Notes under the pieces: generated by a model
Seen by the model: only the letters and a program-made list of their open reading frames with translations
Databases searched by the model: none
Told to the model about the DNA's origin: nothing
In this document: piece after piece, positions 9,844 to 19,032 of the stretch
Numbering within the stretch: position 1 is the first letter of the stretch
How the letters are laid out: each line of letters starts with the position of its first letter
Sequence record: NC_049395.1
Length of the DNA stretch: 30,584 nt
Origin: Escherichia phage ESSI2_ev015
Strand: one strand, 5' to 3'
Program-made: the position numbers and the translations under genes

Positions 9844-10129
9844 CACTCATACTCTCTCTTAAATTAATTTCGTCCACTAACTGATTATGACGCGCAGCAC
9901 ACTGGCCATAAATTTCAAGATAAATCGTCATTAATTCTGCTGCGTCTTTACCCGTGGCACCATTCAGGCGCGGCAGCTGCGTGGCGCATTTAGTTTTCAG
10001 GTTTTCCTGATAACGCACGTTCGGTACCGGCTGCGGCGCTGTTGTACATGCTGACAAACTCATCAGACAGGCAACGATTAGTAAAAACGGGCTTAAGTAT
10101 TTCCGTGCGTATCTCACGCGGTGCCACAT
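9830..10129 (-). CDS. Outer-membrane spanin lipoprotein (Rz1/LysC-like)
   Basis: 99 aa in a different frame, starting inside the Rz-like gene and running past its end; N-terminal signal peptide with lipobox LSAC (…FLLIVACLMSLSAC). Confidence 0.55.
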   Translation of the reverse strand: MWHRVRYARKYLSPFLLIVACLMSLSACTTAPQPVPNVRYQENLKTKCATQLPRLNGATGKDAAELMTIYLEIYGQCAARHNQLVDEINLRESMSDGTN

Positions 10130-10328
10130 TTTTTAACGCCTCCAGTTTATCTTCCAGCGCTCTGGCCGAATCACTGGCAATGCCCTGCATTACTTTTCGC
10201 GATTCATTACCGGCCACCTGCGCCGCTGTATTGATTGCCAGCTCTAAGCTGTCACGCCGCCAGTCAGCGGTCAGCCAGCCCCAGACAAACGCCAGCGCCA
10301 CCACAACCAACCACTGCCCGCTGCTCAT
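9990..10328 (-). CDS. Inner-membrane spanin (Rz/LysB-like)
   Basis: 112 aa, N-terminal transmembrane helix (WLVVVALAFVWGWL) then charged helical region; ATGA overlap with endolysin stop. Confidence 0.6.
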   Translation of the reverse strand: MSSGQWLVVVALAFVWGWLTADWRRDSLELAINTAAQVAGNESRKVMQGIASDSARALEDKLEALKNVAPREIRTEILKPVFTNRCLSDEFVSMYNSAAAGTERALSGKPEN

Positions 10329-10669
10329 CAGCGCACCCCGTTATGTTCCAGACTGAAATGATTGCCATCCGGTCTGGATTTGAAGCGCCCGCCCCAGGAA
10401 CCACCCAGTGATTCCCAGTATTCCCCCAGTGGCAGATAATCTTCTGTGCGGGTTTTATATTCGCCCTTCACGAACAGATTAAAATCCACAGCCAGACGCA
10501 GAGTGTGCAGACTGTTAGAAATACCGCTGCCTTTCTTCGCATTCAGCGCAGCCTGTTCTGGTGTGCGGTACGCTTCACCAAACGTCAGCCACATGCCATT
10601 TGCATTGGCATACTGAATTAACAACGCAATCATTGATGTAAACCGTTGCTGTTTTTCACTCAGGGTCAT
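10328..10669 (-). CDS. Endolysin, M15/VanY-like zinc peptidase
   Basis: ATG at 10669 (MTLSEKQQ...) with GGGAG Shine-Dalgarno; H...D...H arrangement (SLHTLRLAVDF ... DGNHFSLE) typical of small M15 peptidase endolysins. Track ORF upstream extension has no start signal. Confidence 0.65.
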   Translation of the reverse strand: MTLSEKQQRFTSMIALLIQYANANGMWLTFGEAYRTPEQAALNAKKGSGISNSLHTLRLAVDFNLFVKGEYKTRTEDYLPLGEYWESLGGSWGGRFKSRPDGNHFSLEHNGVR

Positions 10670-10958
10670 TTGTTTTGCTCCCGTTCTGTTTTCCCGCTGC
10701 GCGTCTGCGCAGCCACACTTCCACCGCCTGATAACCGGCAATCCCCAGCGCCGCCCCCAGCCCCTGAATGGCCAGCGGGCTGGCATCCGGGATCTGAATC
10801 AGCACCGCCCCTGCCACCACTGAAACCAGACTGCCCAGGATCACGCGACCGGCAAACAGGCGCGGCGTGATGGGGTCATTACTGGTCAGCACATTGCCGA
10901 TGGCAATCAGTGCGCCAATGATCAGCAGTGAATAAAGGCTCTTTTCATGCTCCTGCAT
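10656..10958 (-). CDS. Holin
   Basis: 100 aa with two to three predicted transmembrane segments and a charged C-terminus; immediately upstream of and overlapping the endolysin. Confidence 0.6.
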   Translation of the reverse strand: MQEHEKSLYSLLIIGALIAIGNVLTSNDPITPRLFAGRVILGSLVSVVAGAVLIQIPDASPLAIQGLGAALGIAGYQAVEVWLRRRAAGKQNGSKTNDPE

Positions 10959-10967
10959 CCCTGCCCC

Positions 10968-11423
10968 TTATCCGATCAGGTTTTCTGTGGCTTCCGCTTC
11001 CAGATACGGCACACCGTTGATGTTGACGAATTTCGGACTGGTCACGAAATATTTGATTTTGTGCGTGGTCACACCGCCACCTTTCGGATCAATATCCAGC
11101 AGGTTGCTGACCTGCAATTTATTGCCGAACGTCTCCACCTTCATTTCTTCACTACTGGCTTTGGCATAGAAAAGAAAATCAAGTGGGGGAAGTCCGCGCC
11201 ATGAACCCGCTGCGCGGGCTTTGGCTGTCAGCACCTGAAGTGTTTTTGAACTGACTTCAATTTCCCCTTCGGCGGCAACATCGCCGTCCACATACCCGTC
11301 AGGGACACCACGCGTCTGGGCGGCAGCGCTGTTATCCGTAATATCGAGCGTGATTTTCTCGATATGGATTAGATCGCCGTCCATATAGGTGTCAAACGAC
11401 ATACCCGAAATACGTTTGGTCAT
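10968..11423 (-). CDS. Tail tube protein (putative)
   Basis: 151 aa directly downstream of the sheath-like gene with ATGA overlap; size and position fit the tube of a contractile tail. Family not verified. Confidence 0.5.
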   Translation of the reverse strand: MTKRISGMSFDTYMDGDLIHIEKITLDITDNSAAAQTRGVPDGYVDGDVAAEGEIEVSSKTLQVLTAKARAAGSWRGLPPLDFLFYAKASSEEMKVETFGNKLQVSNLLDIDPKGGGVTTHKIKYFVTSPKFVNINGVPYLEAEATENLIG

Positions 11424-12547
11424 GCTGTGGCCTCCAGACTCGCATCCAGTAACAGACTGATGGTGATTTGCAGCGGCACTTCCCAGGTGCGCACCACAAT
11501 GTAAATATCCACCGCCTTTTTGTTTTTCCAGACAATGGTCACATCACCATCCTGCGGCGGCTTCACCTCTCCCGGAAATGACACACCGTTAATGCTGGCC
11601 GCAGTGGACATTTCACGCAGTGGACGGGCAAACAGTGTCTGATGTGCGGCGATACTTCCCGGCGTGCTGTTCAGCGAGCGATCCGCGATTTTGCTGATAG
11701 CCAGCAGACGAACACGGCGGGCAGCTTTATCCGCAACGCGCAGTGTTTCAATCGACTGGTAATCACCGCCCTCAACATCCAGCGTGCGGCCATCAGCCCA
11801 GTAAAAACCGTCATAATCCGGGTACCACATCGGCACACTGAAACGCTGTGCTTCAAGCGCCTGAAGTGTGGCCAGTTCCAGCACTTCTCCGGTACCATCA
11901 ACCGGCATTTCATCACTGCCCAGATTCATCAGAGCACCGGTTTTAACCCGCGCCGGACTGTCAGCAATGGTTACAGCGCGGCTACACAGGCGACCAGCCA
12001 GCACGCCCGGTTCATTTCCCCACAGGCGGGGAACCAGCTGCACCGCCTTTTCTGCAATACCATCCTGAAGGGTGGCCATGCGTACCAGATAATCCGCCTG
12101 TGCTTCTTCATCCTGCATTCCCTGTGCGGCCAGGATGAACCACACCCAGCGGCCATACTTTGAAATCAGGGTGGATCGTAACGTCACGGCCTGATTTACC
12201 TGCGCTTTAGCGGTCACATCGTCAGACAGCACCACGCCTTCCACAGAGCACACCACCTGCGCGGCCAGAACCGCTTTCACCCAGGCATCTGCCTCCGCAT
12301 CAGCTGGCAGGACGTGAATGAACCCCCACCAGTTCTGGCCAGCGTTCGCCAGCGCAGCCAGAACATCATTTTTCAGCGGGCTGGCTTCCTCGCCCAGCAG
12401 TGAATCAAAATCACTCTGGACATTCACCGCCAGCGTTTTCCCAACATTTTTGGTACCCGTACCGATAAACAGCAGTGTGCGTTCCACCTCATTGGTTTCA
12501 CCCAACAGCTGATTTACCTGGTTTACGGTCACAATTGGCCAGGTCAT
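11420..12547 (-). CDS. Tail sheath protein (putative)
   Basis: 375 aa, sheath-like size, between tail completion genes and tube; ATGA coupling at both ends. Confidence 0.5.
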   Translation of the reverse strand: MTWPIVTVNQVNQLLGETNEVERTLLFIGTGTKNVGKTLAVNVQSDFDSLLGEEASPLKNDVLAALANAGQNWWGFIHVLPADAEADAWVKAVLAAQVVCSVEGVVLSDDVTAKAQVNQAVTLRSTLISKYGRWVWFILAAQGMQDEEAQADYLVRMATLQDGIAEKAVQLVPRLWGNEPGVLAGRLCSRAVTIADSPARVKTGALMNLGSDEMPVDGTGEVLELATLQALEAQRFSVPMWYPDYDGFYWADGRTLDVEGGDYQSIETLRVADKAARRVRLLAISKIADRSLNSTPGSIAAHQTLFARPLREMSTAASINGVSFPGEVKPPQDGDVTIVWKNKKAVDIYIVVRTWEVPLQITISLLLDASLEATA

Positions 12548-13251
12548 GCTTTCCCCTTAATATCCTGCGCTTTAACGTCCCAGCCAAAGCCGATGGCCTG
12601 AAGCTGACGCGCCAGCGCCTTGTCAAATTCATCATCATTCATGCCCAGAAACACACGGGCAGGAAGATCCACTGTCCAGCTGGTTTTCACGGCTTTACCG
12701 CTGAGTTTTCGAATCAGCAGCCCCGCCTGGCTGTATGGCATCGTTTTGGTGATTTCGCCCAGTGTGGGCTTTTTCCATCGCTTACCGGTTTTCACCCGGT
12801 ACCCCAGCGCCCGTAATTTTTTGGCCTGGGCAGGTGTCGCCATTTTCCCGGCCTCCGCCTTCCGTGGCTGATTACTGCGGCTGACTTTCACGCGCATTCC
12901 GTTTTGTTGCGTGTAACCCACTGTTCCGGCTGGTACCGGCGTTTCCCCGTTCCGGTATCCGCCGCCCTGCAAATAGATCCGCACAGCCTGAATTTCTGGC
13001 ATTTCACGGATATGCAGCAGCTTTGGCAGGTTGCGCAGCATCTTCCCTTTGCGTTTTGTCTTACGTCCCGGCCACTTCTGGCCATCCGGGGATTCCTGAT
13101 TGCGCACATGCCGTTTTGCCGCAGCAATCACGCCATATTTGGCCAGACGCCAGATCAGACGCTGCCGTTTTCTCGGCGGCAGCTCCATGCTGGCCAGAGC
13201 CTTGCGCAATTCGGCCAGCTGTTTTTTATTCAGCTCGCCACCGGCAATCAT
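12544..13251 (-). CDS. Virion morphogenesis / tail completion protein (gpS-like) with basic C-terminal extension
   Basis: 235 aa, strongly basic Lys/Arg-rich C-terminal half; position between head completion and sheath. Confidence 0.45.
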   Translation of the reverse strand: MIAGGELNKKQLAELRKALASMELPPRKRQRLIWRLAKYGVIAAAKRHVRNQESPDGQKWPGRKTKRKGKMLRNLPKLLHIREMPEIQAVRIYLQGGGYRNGETPVPAGTVGYTQQNGMRVKVSRSNQPRKAEAGKMATPAQAKKLRALGYRVKTGKRWKKPTLGEITKTMPYSQAGLLIRKLSGKAVKTSWTVDLPARVFLGMNDDEFDKALARQLQAIGFGWDVKAQDIKGKA

Positions 13252-13754
13252 TCGCCATCCCCCACCGGCGCACCGGCCTCATCCACGCTGTAAATACTGG
13301 CGGTCAGTGCCGTCCAGATTTCAGGCTCAACCAGTGACCAGCGCTCACCCCGCCACGGAATAGCCCCGTTTTCGTCCTGCCTGATCACCAGTTCTTCCAC
13401 CATCGGAACAGTCAGCACCACTGTGGCCACTTCCTCATCCTCCACCGACACATCCCAGTCCGGTTCGGATTCACTCAGCCCCACTTCATCCAGTAGTTCC
13501 CTGTCAGCATCATCCAGCCACGCCGCCAGTAAGGACATAAGCAACTGCGGCGGGCACAGGCGATACGGGAAACGCTCCCAGCTCAGAACCGCGTCATATC
13601 GGATCACCGCCTGGCGATATTGTCCCAGCCCGTAATCTTTCGCCGCAGGAATGAACTTCATCTCATCCAGTACACTGTCAAATGACTGCATCGCGCGGGG
13701 CGGGACGTTCTCTTTAAAAAATGCGGTCAGGCTCTGGATCTGTGTCTGGCTCAT
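13248..13754 (-). CDS. Putative tail completion / head-tail joining protein (gpR-like)
   Basis: 168 aa, acidic; ATGA overlap with L stop; position between L and the S-like gene. Confidence 0.35.
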   Translation of the reverse strand: MSQTQIQSLTAFFKENVPPRAMQSFDSVLDEMKFIPAAKDYGLGQYRQAVIRYDAVLSWERFPYRLCPPQLLMSLLAAWLDDADRELLDEVGLSESEPDWDVSVEDEEVATVVLTVPMVEELVIRQDENGAIPWRGERWSLVEPEIWTALTASIYSVDEAGAPVGDGE

Positions 13755-14254
13755 ACTTTTTTCACCGTTGCCCGTTTCAGCCCTTTCATACGGCGGATCA
13801 CCACCGATGCTTCAGCCAGTAACCCCGCACGGGTTTCCATGCTTTCCTGTCCCGGATGGGTATCGCGCCGCCCGATGGTGGCGAACTCCCCCAGCAGATC
13901 CGCTTTCGCCCTGGCAAAAACGGCCTTCATGTACTGGGCGCACAGGCTGTTCAGTCCGCCCATTTTTACGCCCGGTACCTCTGCCGCCAGCGTGTGGCCT
14001 TTCGCTATCCAACTGGCCTCCACGTTTTCCAGCTCCGCATTCACCTCCGCCACCGCTGCAAGCAACGCCTGGCTGATGGTGTCAGCGTCAATATCTGGCG
14101 GTAGTGACCGCTGTGCCTGAAAATCCTTCAGATTCAGGTCTGGCCAGAATCCGTTATTGGTCAGCGGTTCATCCTGATAATCCAGCGGCTTTCCGCTAAA
14201 CATAAATCCCCCGAAAAAGGCGGACTGGCCGGTTTCCACGGCGCAGTTACACAC
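13751..14254 (-). CDS. L: Head completion/stabilization protein (gpL-like)
   Basis: Follows M as in P2. Track start is GTG (14254); an ATG with GGGGGA Shine-Dalgarno lies at ~14203 (MFSGKPL...), so the start is uncertain. Confidence 0.5.
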   Translation of the reverse strand: MCNCAVETGQSAFFGGFMFSGKPLDYQDEPLTNNGFWPDLNLKDFQAQRSLPPDIDADTISQALLAAVAEVNAELENVEASWIAKGHTLAAEVPGVKMGGLNSLCAQYMKAVFARAKADLLGEFATIGRRDTHPGQESMETRAGLLAEASVVIRRMKGLKRATVKKV

Positions 14255-14299
14255 AATGTGTTCTGCCCTCCACCGCGTCCGCCTGGCTTGCGGTAGTCT

Positions 14300-14497
14300 T
14301 TAAAGCTGAACTGGGGTCAGTTCACCCTCATCAAACCAGGCATCTACAGCCCGGCCATCAGCAGCCAGATAGTGGATCAGGTATTGATTGGTGCAGTTGG
14401 TATACTCTGCACGGGCTTTCACATGCCCTTCTTCACCACTGATAGTAACTGCCACTACCTGCCCCAATTCATGTTTGAATTTGATACGTGTTGCCAT
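14300..14497 (-). CDS. Small hypothetical protein (65 aa) inserted between M and L
   Basis: ATG 2 nt after the M stop, GGAG Shine-Dalgarno inside the end of M; sequence MATRIKFKHELGQVVAVTISGEEGHVKARAEY...AWFDEGELTPVQL. No P2 counterpart at this position as I recall the P2 map. Confidence 0.5.
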   Translation of the reverse strand: MATRIKFKHELGQVVAVTISGEEGHVKARAEYTNCTNQYLIHYLAADGRAVDAWFDEGELTPVQL

Positions 14498-14499
14498 TT

Positions 14500-15204
14500 T
14501 TAAACTCCGTTTTCGAGGCGTCGAATACGGGCGGCAATCGTCTGCCGTGTAGTCTTTACGCCAATTTTTAAGTAGTGCTTTTCTGCGATGGCCAGCAGTT
14601 GATCGGCCTTTTTCAGTGTTTCAATATCATCCACGCCCGCCGCCGTTTTCTGACCATCGTCATTGCGTAGTAACTCCAGACCGGCAAACTTGAACCATTT
14701 GGCCGTCACTTGCTCATGCAGTCGCCAGGTGTTTGCCACCCGCTCAAACGTGCGGGTGAAATAAGGCTCCACACTTTCCCCGCGCCCTGCGGTTTCCTGC
14801 GCCCATGCCAGCATCGTATCCGCCACGAAAGTGGGAAAATTGCTGCGTAACCGATCCGGGGTTGCCTGCTGCTGGCTGATAGCAATGTCAGCCCAGTCCA
14901 GCGCCTTATCCAGATCGCCCACGTCAAACAGCCAGATAACACACCAGGCGAAAACCGGATTTGCATACACCAGGCCACTCTCCAGATAGGCTTCCACAGT
15001 GGGAACCCAGCGCGGCAACAGCACATCGCGTTTATACTCGACGCGATCGGCGATGGTAGGCAGACTTCGAACGTGTTCCACATCCGTTTCCAGCGCCCTG
15101 ATCAGCAGGTGCATACTTTCCGTGGTTTCCAGTGCCTGGCTGCGCTTCAGCTTTTGTTCCATTGCAATACGCTGGCTGTGACGCTGCGCGGGGGAAAGTG
15201 CCAT
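14500..15204 (-). CDS. M: Terminase small (endonuclease) subunit, gpM-like
   Basis: 234 aa directly downstream of the capsid gene in the P2 order O-N-M-L; ATG confirmed. Confidence 0.7.
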   Translation of the reverse strand: MALSPAQRHSQRIAMEQKLKRSQALETTESMHLLIRALETDVEHVRSLPTIADRVEYKRDVLLPRWVPTVEAYLESGLVYANPVFAWCVIWLFDVGDLDKALDWADIAISQQQATPDRLRSNFPTFVADTMLAWAQETAGRGESVEPYFTRTFERVANTWRLHEQVTAKWFKFAGLELLRNDDGQKTAAGVDDIETLKKADQLLAIAEKHYLKIGVKTTRQTIAARIRRLENGV

Positions 15205-15207
15205 TTA

Positions 15208-16230
15208 TCAGCCCTCCACCGGTTCGGAGACTTTGCCGATTGTCACAGCGGATTCATCAATGGCCGCATACAGCTCCGGCACTTCCACCGCGTAACCTTC
15301 ATTGCGCAGGTATTTGTTTTCGAACTGCTTACGATCTTCAACAAACTCCGCCTTACGCATACGGGTATTGCGCTGGGTGTAGATGTGCAGATTAGAAAGC
15401 GGCGTCACTACCATGCGTTTACCCGGCATAAACGGCGGGATAATGGCCTGACGGCCAGCAATGGTGCTTCCCAGCATTTGCGCAGCAATTTTTTCAGTCG
15501 GACGGTCTGCTGCCTGATACAGTCGATACTGTTCAGCAGCGACCAGATCGGCACCGACCAGGACAACCAGACGCGGGTCATTGCGGAACTGCGCCGGGAT
15601 TTTGGCGTTAATCAGATCGGACGCCATTGCATCCAGTGACTTGTAATCCCCGGCCTCATCGAGCACCACGGGATCGGTCATAATCTGATTGCCACCCAGC
15701 AGCGTTTTCATTCGCTCATGCCAGCCGACGTTCACATCTTCGCCGTTCGGGTTAGCTTCGGGATCAGTGGTTTTTGCGCGGCTTTTACCGTTAAAACCAA
15801 TACGCAGCATATCCAGTGCAAAAGCCTGCGTGGTGAATGCCTGGACAAGGTTGAAAAACTCGTTTTCATCCTTACCCGCATTTGCCCAGACAGAAAGCAG
15901 ATCCCAGCGCAACGCGGCGCAGCTGTCTGTCTCAACCAGCGAATAGTCATTACCGTCAACACCCACACGACGAATAAAACGGCCATTTTCGCTGCGGCCG
16001 GTATGCAGCACGGAGGAACCGACAGAGATCACCTGGCCACTCAACTGGTCAACATCCAGACAGGTGATCATGTTCAGGAACTCGACGGACTCCAGCAACG
16101 CAAGACGCAGCGCATTTTCCTGCGGGTCATTCAGGGAAAAATAACGACTGGTATCACGTGCGCCAAAATGCTGCGCCATTCCCGCCGAATATTTATCCAG
16201 TAAATCCCGCGCACGATTATTAAGGTGCAT
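15208..16230 (-). CDS. N: Major capsid protein, gpN-like
   Basis: Track start is TTG; ATG at 16230 (MHLNNRARDLL...) with GAGGGAG Shine-Dalgarno; ~340 aa P2-type capsid between scaffold and small terminase. Confidence 0.8.
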   Translation of the reverse strand: MHLNNRARDLLDKYSAGMAQHFGARDTSRYFSLNDPQENALRLALLESVEFLNMITCLDVDQLSGQVISVGSSVLHTGRSENGRFIRRVGVDGNDYSLVETDSCAALRWDLLSVWANAGKDENEFFNLVQAFTTQAFALDMLRIGFNGKSRAKTTDPEANPNGEDVNVGWHERMKTLLGGNQIMTDPVVLDEAGDYKSLDAMASDLINAKIPAQFRNDPRLVVLVGADLVAAEQYRLYQAADRPTEKIAAQMLGSTIAGRQAIIPPFMPGKRMVVTPLSNLHIYTQRNTRMRKAEFVEDRKQFENKYLRNEGYAVEVPELYAAIDESAVTIGKVSEPVEG

Positions 16231-16293
16231 AAAACTCCCTCGCAATTAAGCGATATATAAAATTTATTCTGGGCTAATCAGCGTTAAAGCGAA

Positions 16294-17094
16294 TTACAGA
16301 AAATTATATTTCCCTGCTTTTTCTGAAATTTTACGCCCCGGTGAACGGGTATTCTTATTACCCAGATCGTTAAAGCGGGTTACGATTTCTTTCGCATTAT
16401 CACGAATGGTCGCAAACTCTTCCGTGTCCACAACTTCAACAATAGTATCCACATCTTCCTGAACAGTGCTCAGTTGTGTTTCAATTGCCCCCACTCGCGC
16501 TTCCAGATCGTTAACAGCATTCGCAAGCGCCTGCAATTTATCATCACCCTGCTGCGTATCATCCTGCTGACCTTCGCTTTCAAACTTTGGCTTAATGCCA
16601 AATAAATGGTGCCAGGTTTTTTTCATCAGTTCTTCCTGCTTAATTTTTCCGTCACGGGAAATTACGCAACTGTAATATCCCTGTTTTGATAGTCTGCGCC
16701 GACTAAAGCGCAACCGTGTAGTGCCCACACTGGCGGGATTGTCCGTTACGGCCAGTCCGCCCAGATACGTTCGCTCACCTCCGCGCCAGTTAAGTTCTGG
16801 CTCAACAGAGAAATAAAGCAACTGCCCTTCATCATTGGCATACAACAGGCGCTTGTTAGGACACAGGCTCACATATAATCGTGCCAGCCCATCTTCCCCG
16901 TCCTGCCACATCGCCTTTAGCACTTCGCCAAAATTACCGGCATATCGTTCATGTTCAGGCCAGATTAGTGCGGCGTAATGGGTGACATCATAGGTTTCCC
17001 CCATGTCAATAATCCATTGCCGTTCCATGACCCTGCCATCAACCGTATCGCCTTCTGTGGCAACACACAGCCAGTCAGTTTTTAAATGCGACAT
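16294..17094 (-). CDS. O: Capsid scaffolding protein, gpO-like
   Basis: 266 aa, first gene of the - strand late operon, divergent from P/Q; AGGGGGG Shine-Dalgarno before ATG. Confidence 0.7.
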   Translation of the reverse strand: MSHLKTDWLCVATEGDTVDGRVMERQWIIDMGETYDVTHYAALIWPEHERYAGNFGEVLKAMWQDGEDGLARLYVSLCPNKRLLYANDEGQLLYFSVEPELNWRGGERTYLGGLAVTDNPASVGTTRLRFSRRRLSKQGYYSCVISRDGKIKQEELMKKTWHHLFGIKPKFESEGQQDDTQQGDDKLQALANAVNDLEARVGAIETQLSTVQEDVDTIVEVVDTEEFATIRDNAKEIVTRFNDLGNKNTRSPGRKISEKAGKYNFL

Positions 17095-17256
17095 ATCCCC
17101 CCTGATTTATTCACTGACCCTGCGAACTCAATTATTGCCAAATAAAACTGCCGCTGCATTACGCTTTATTCTGAACAGTTCGGTTATAACGCTTTACCGA
17201 ACAGAGACGAATTAACACCACCGTTTTTTCATTACAGCCACGGCATAATTATCCGC
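17095..17256. promoter_or_regulatory. Divergent late promoter region (P-Q rightward, O-N-M-L leftward) with dyad element
   Basis: 162-bp intergenic region between divergent operons; imperfect dyad cagTTCGG-N13-CCGAAcag at 17176-17204, roughly 50-60 bp upstream of the P start. Confidence 0.4.
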
Positions 17257-19032
17257 ATGGCTAAATACTCTGAAGAATTAAAAGGCGTTGTTCGCGCACT
17301 TTATCTGCGCCGCTATACGCCAAAGGAAATCGCATCTGAATTAAATCTGCCGAATGCGCGGATCGTTTACTACTGGGCGGAGAAATACAGCTGGGCGGAT
17401 TTGCTCAGTTTTGAAAGCACAGAGGAAGCAATTGAACGCCGTTACCAGCTGCTGGCCAGCCGCGATAACAAAACCGATCTCGACCTGAAAGAAATGGACA
17501 TGCTCATTGCTCATGCCACGAAACTGCGTGCGCAGAGTAATAAACACAAAGAGAAAATGGCCAGCGGTCAGAATTCAGGGCAAGCAGCTGTGCGGGACAA
17601 GAATGACGACGAACCGCGCAGCAAACGGAAATACAAGAAAAACGATATTTCCTCGCTGACGCAGGAGGACTTTGACGCATGGGCTGAGGAACATCTTTTT
17701 GAATATCAGAAACACCTGCGCAATAACATTGGCCAGCTTGTCAGGAATATCCTGAAAAGCCGCCAGATCGGTGCAACCTGGTATTTTGCGTTTGAAGCGT
17801 TTGAAAACGCGGTGATGACCGGCGATCCGCAAATCTTTCTGTCAGCATCAAAGGCTCAGGCTGAAGTGTTCCGGTCTTACATCGTGAATATTGCAGAGCA
17901 GTATTTCGGTATTACGCTGACCGGCAACCCGATCCGCTTAAGCAACGGCGCAGAACTGCGTTTTCTCTCCACCAACAAAAACACCGCCCAGTCCTACAGT
18001 GGCCACCTGTACTGTGACGAATATTTCTGGGTGCCAAACTTTGCAAAACTTAACGAAGTGGCCAGCGCAATGGCCACACATGACAAGTGGCGCACCACCT
18101 ATTTTTCAACGCCATCGGCAAAAACGCACCAGGCGTACCCGTTCTGGACGGGCGATGAGTGGAAACAGGGCAGTAAAAAACGTGCGGCCATTAAATTTCC
18201 GTCCTTTAACGAAATGCGTGACGGCGGGCGACTCTGCCCGGATGGGCAATGGCGCTACGTCATTACGATGGAAGATGCCATTGCAGGCGGTTTCAACCTG
18301 GCAAACATCGAAAAGCTTCGCAACCGCTACAACGACGCCACTTTTAACATGCTCTATATGTGCGTGTTCGTTGACAGCAAAGATTCCGTTTTCAGCTTTT
18401 CCGACCTGGAAGCCTGCGGCGTTGAAGTCGACACCTGGCAGGATCACAACCCTGATGCAGCCCGTCCATTCGGTGACAGGGCAGTGTGGGGCGGCTTTGA
18501 CCCGGCTCGCAGCGGGGATTTGTCCTGTTTTGTCATCATCGCCCCGCCGATGCTCGCCGTGGAGAAGTTCCGCGTTCTGAAGGTGATTTACTGGAAAGGC
18601 ATGAACTTCCGGTACCAGGCAAAACAGATCGAGCAGTTGTTCAAAAAATATAACTTCACTTATCTGGGGGTGGACGTTACCGGCATTGGCCAGGGTGTTT
18701 TTGACAACATTCAGCATTTTGCCATGCGTGTGGCCGTCCCTATTCGTTACGACCTGAACACCAAAAATAAGCTGGTACTGAAAGCGGTGGATGTGGTGGA
18801 AAGCCAGCGTATTGAGTGGGATAAAAACCTGAAAGAGATCGCGGCCAGCTTTATGTCTGTGCGCCGAACCACCACACAAAGCGGCAACGCCATGACGTTT
18901 GTCGCTGACCGCAGCCAGGATACCGGCCACGCAGAGGCATTCTGGGCGATTACCCACGGTCTGCATAACGAACCCCTTAACTATGAAAACAAACCGAAAT
19001 CCCGCTGGGGTGTAAGGAAAGAGGCAGCATGA
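17257..19032 (+). CDS. P: Terminase large (ATPase) subunit, gpP-like
   Basis: 591 aa (P2 gpP is about this size), followed by portal with ATGA overlap; divergent from O as in P2. Confidence 0.85.
   Translation: MAKYSEELKGVVRALYLRRYTPKEIASELNLPNARIVYYWAEKYSWADLLSFESTEEAIERRYQLLASRDNKTDLDLKEMDMLIAHATKLRAQSNKHKEKMASGQNSGQAAVRDKNDDEPRSKRKYKKNDISSLTQEDFDAWAEEHLFEYQKHLRNNIGQLVRNILKSRQIGATWYFAFEAFENAVMTGDPQIFLSASKAQAEVFRSYIVNIAEQYFGITLTGNPIRLSNGAELRFLSTNKNTAQSYSGHLYCDEYFWVPNFAKLNEVASAMATHDKWRTTYFSTPSAKTHQAYPFWTGDEWKQGSKKRAAIKFPSFNEMRDGGRLCPDGQWRYVITMEDAIAGGFNLANIEKLRNRYNDATFNMLYMCVFVDSKDSVFSFSDLEACGVEVDTWQDHNPDAARPFGDRAVWGGFDPARSGDLSCFVIIAPPMLAVEKFRVLKVIYWKGMNFRYQAKQIEQLFKKYNFTYLGVDVTGIGQGVFDNIQHFAMRVAVPIRYDLNTKNKLVLKAVDVVESQRIEWDKNLKEIAASFMSVRRTTTQSGNAMTFVADRSQDTGHAEAFWAITHGLHNEPLNYENKPKSRWGVRKEAA

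Noticed and set aside
15187-15201. cos-like motif GCGGGGGAAAGTGCC inside the M gene
   Set aside because: Resembles part of the P2 cohesive end as I recall it, but sits in the coding region of the small terminase gene, far from the expected cos position next to the portal; probably coincidental.
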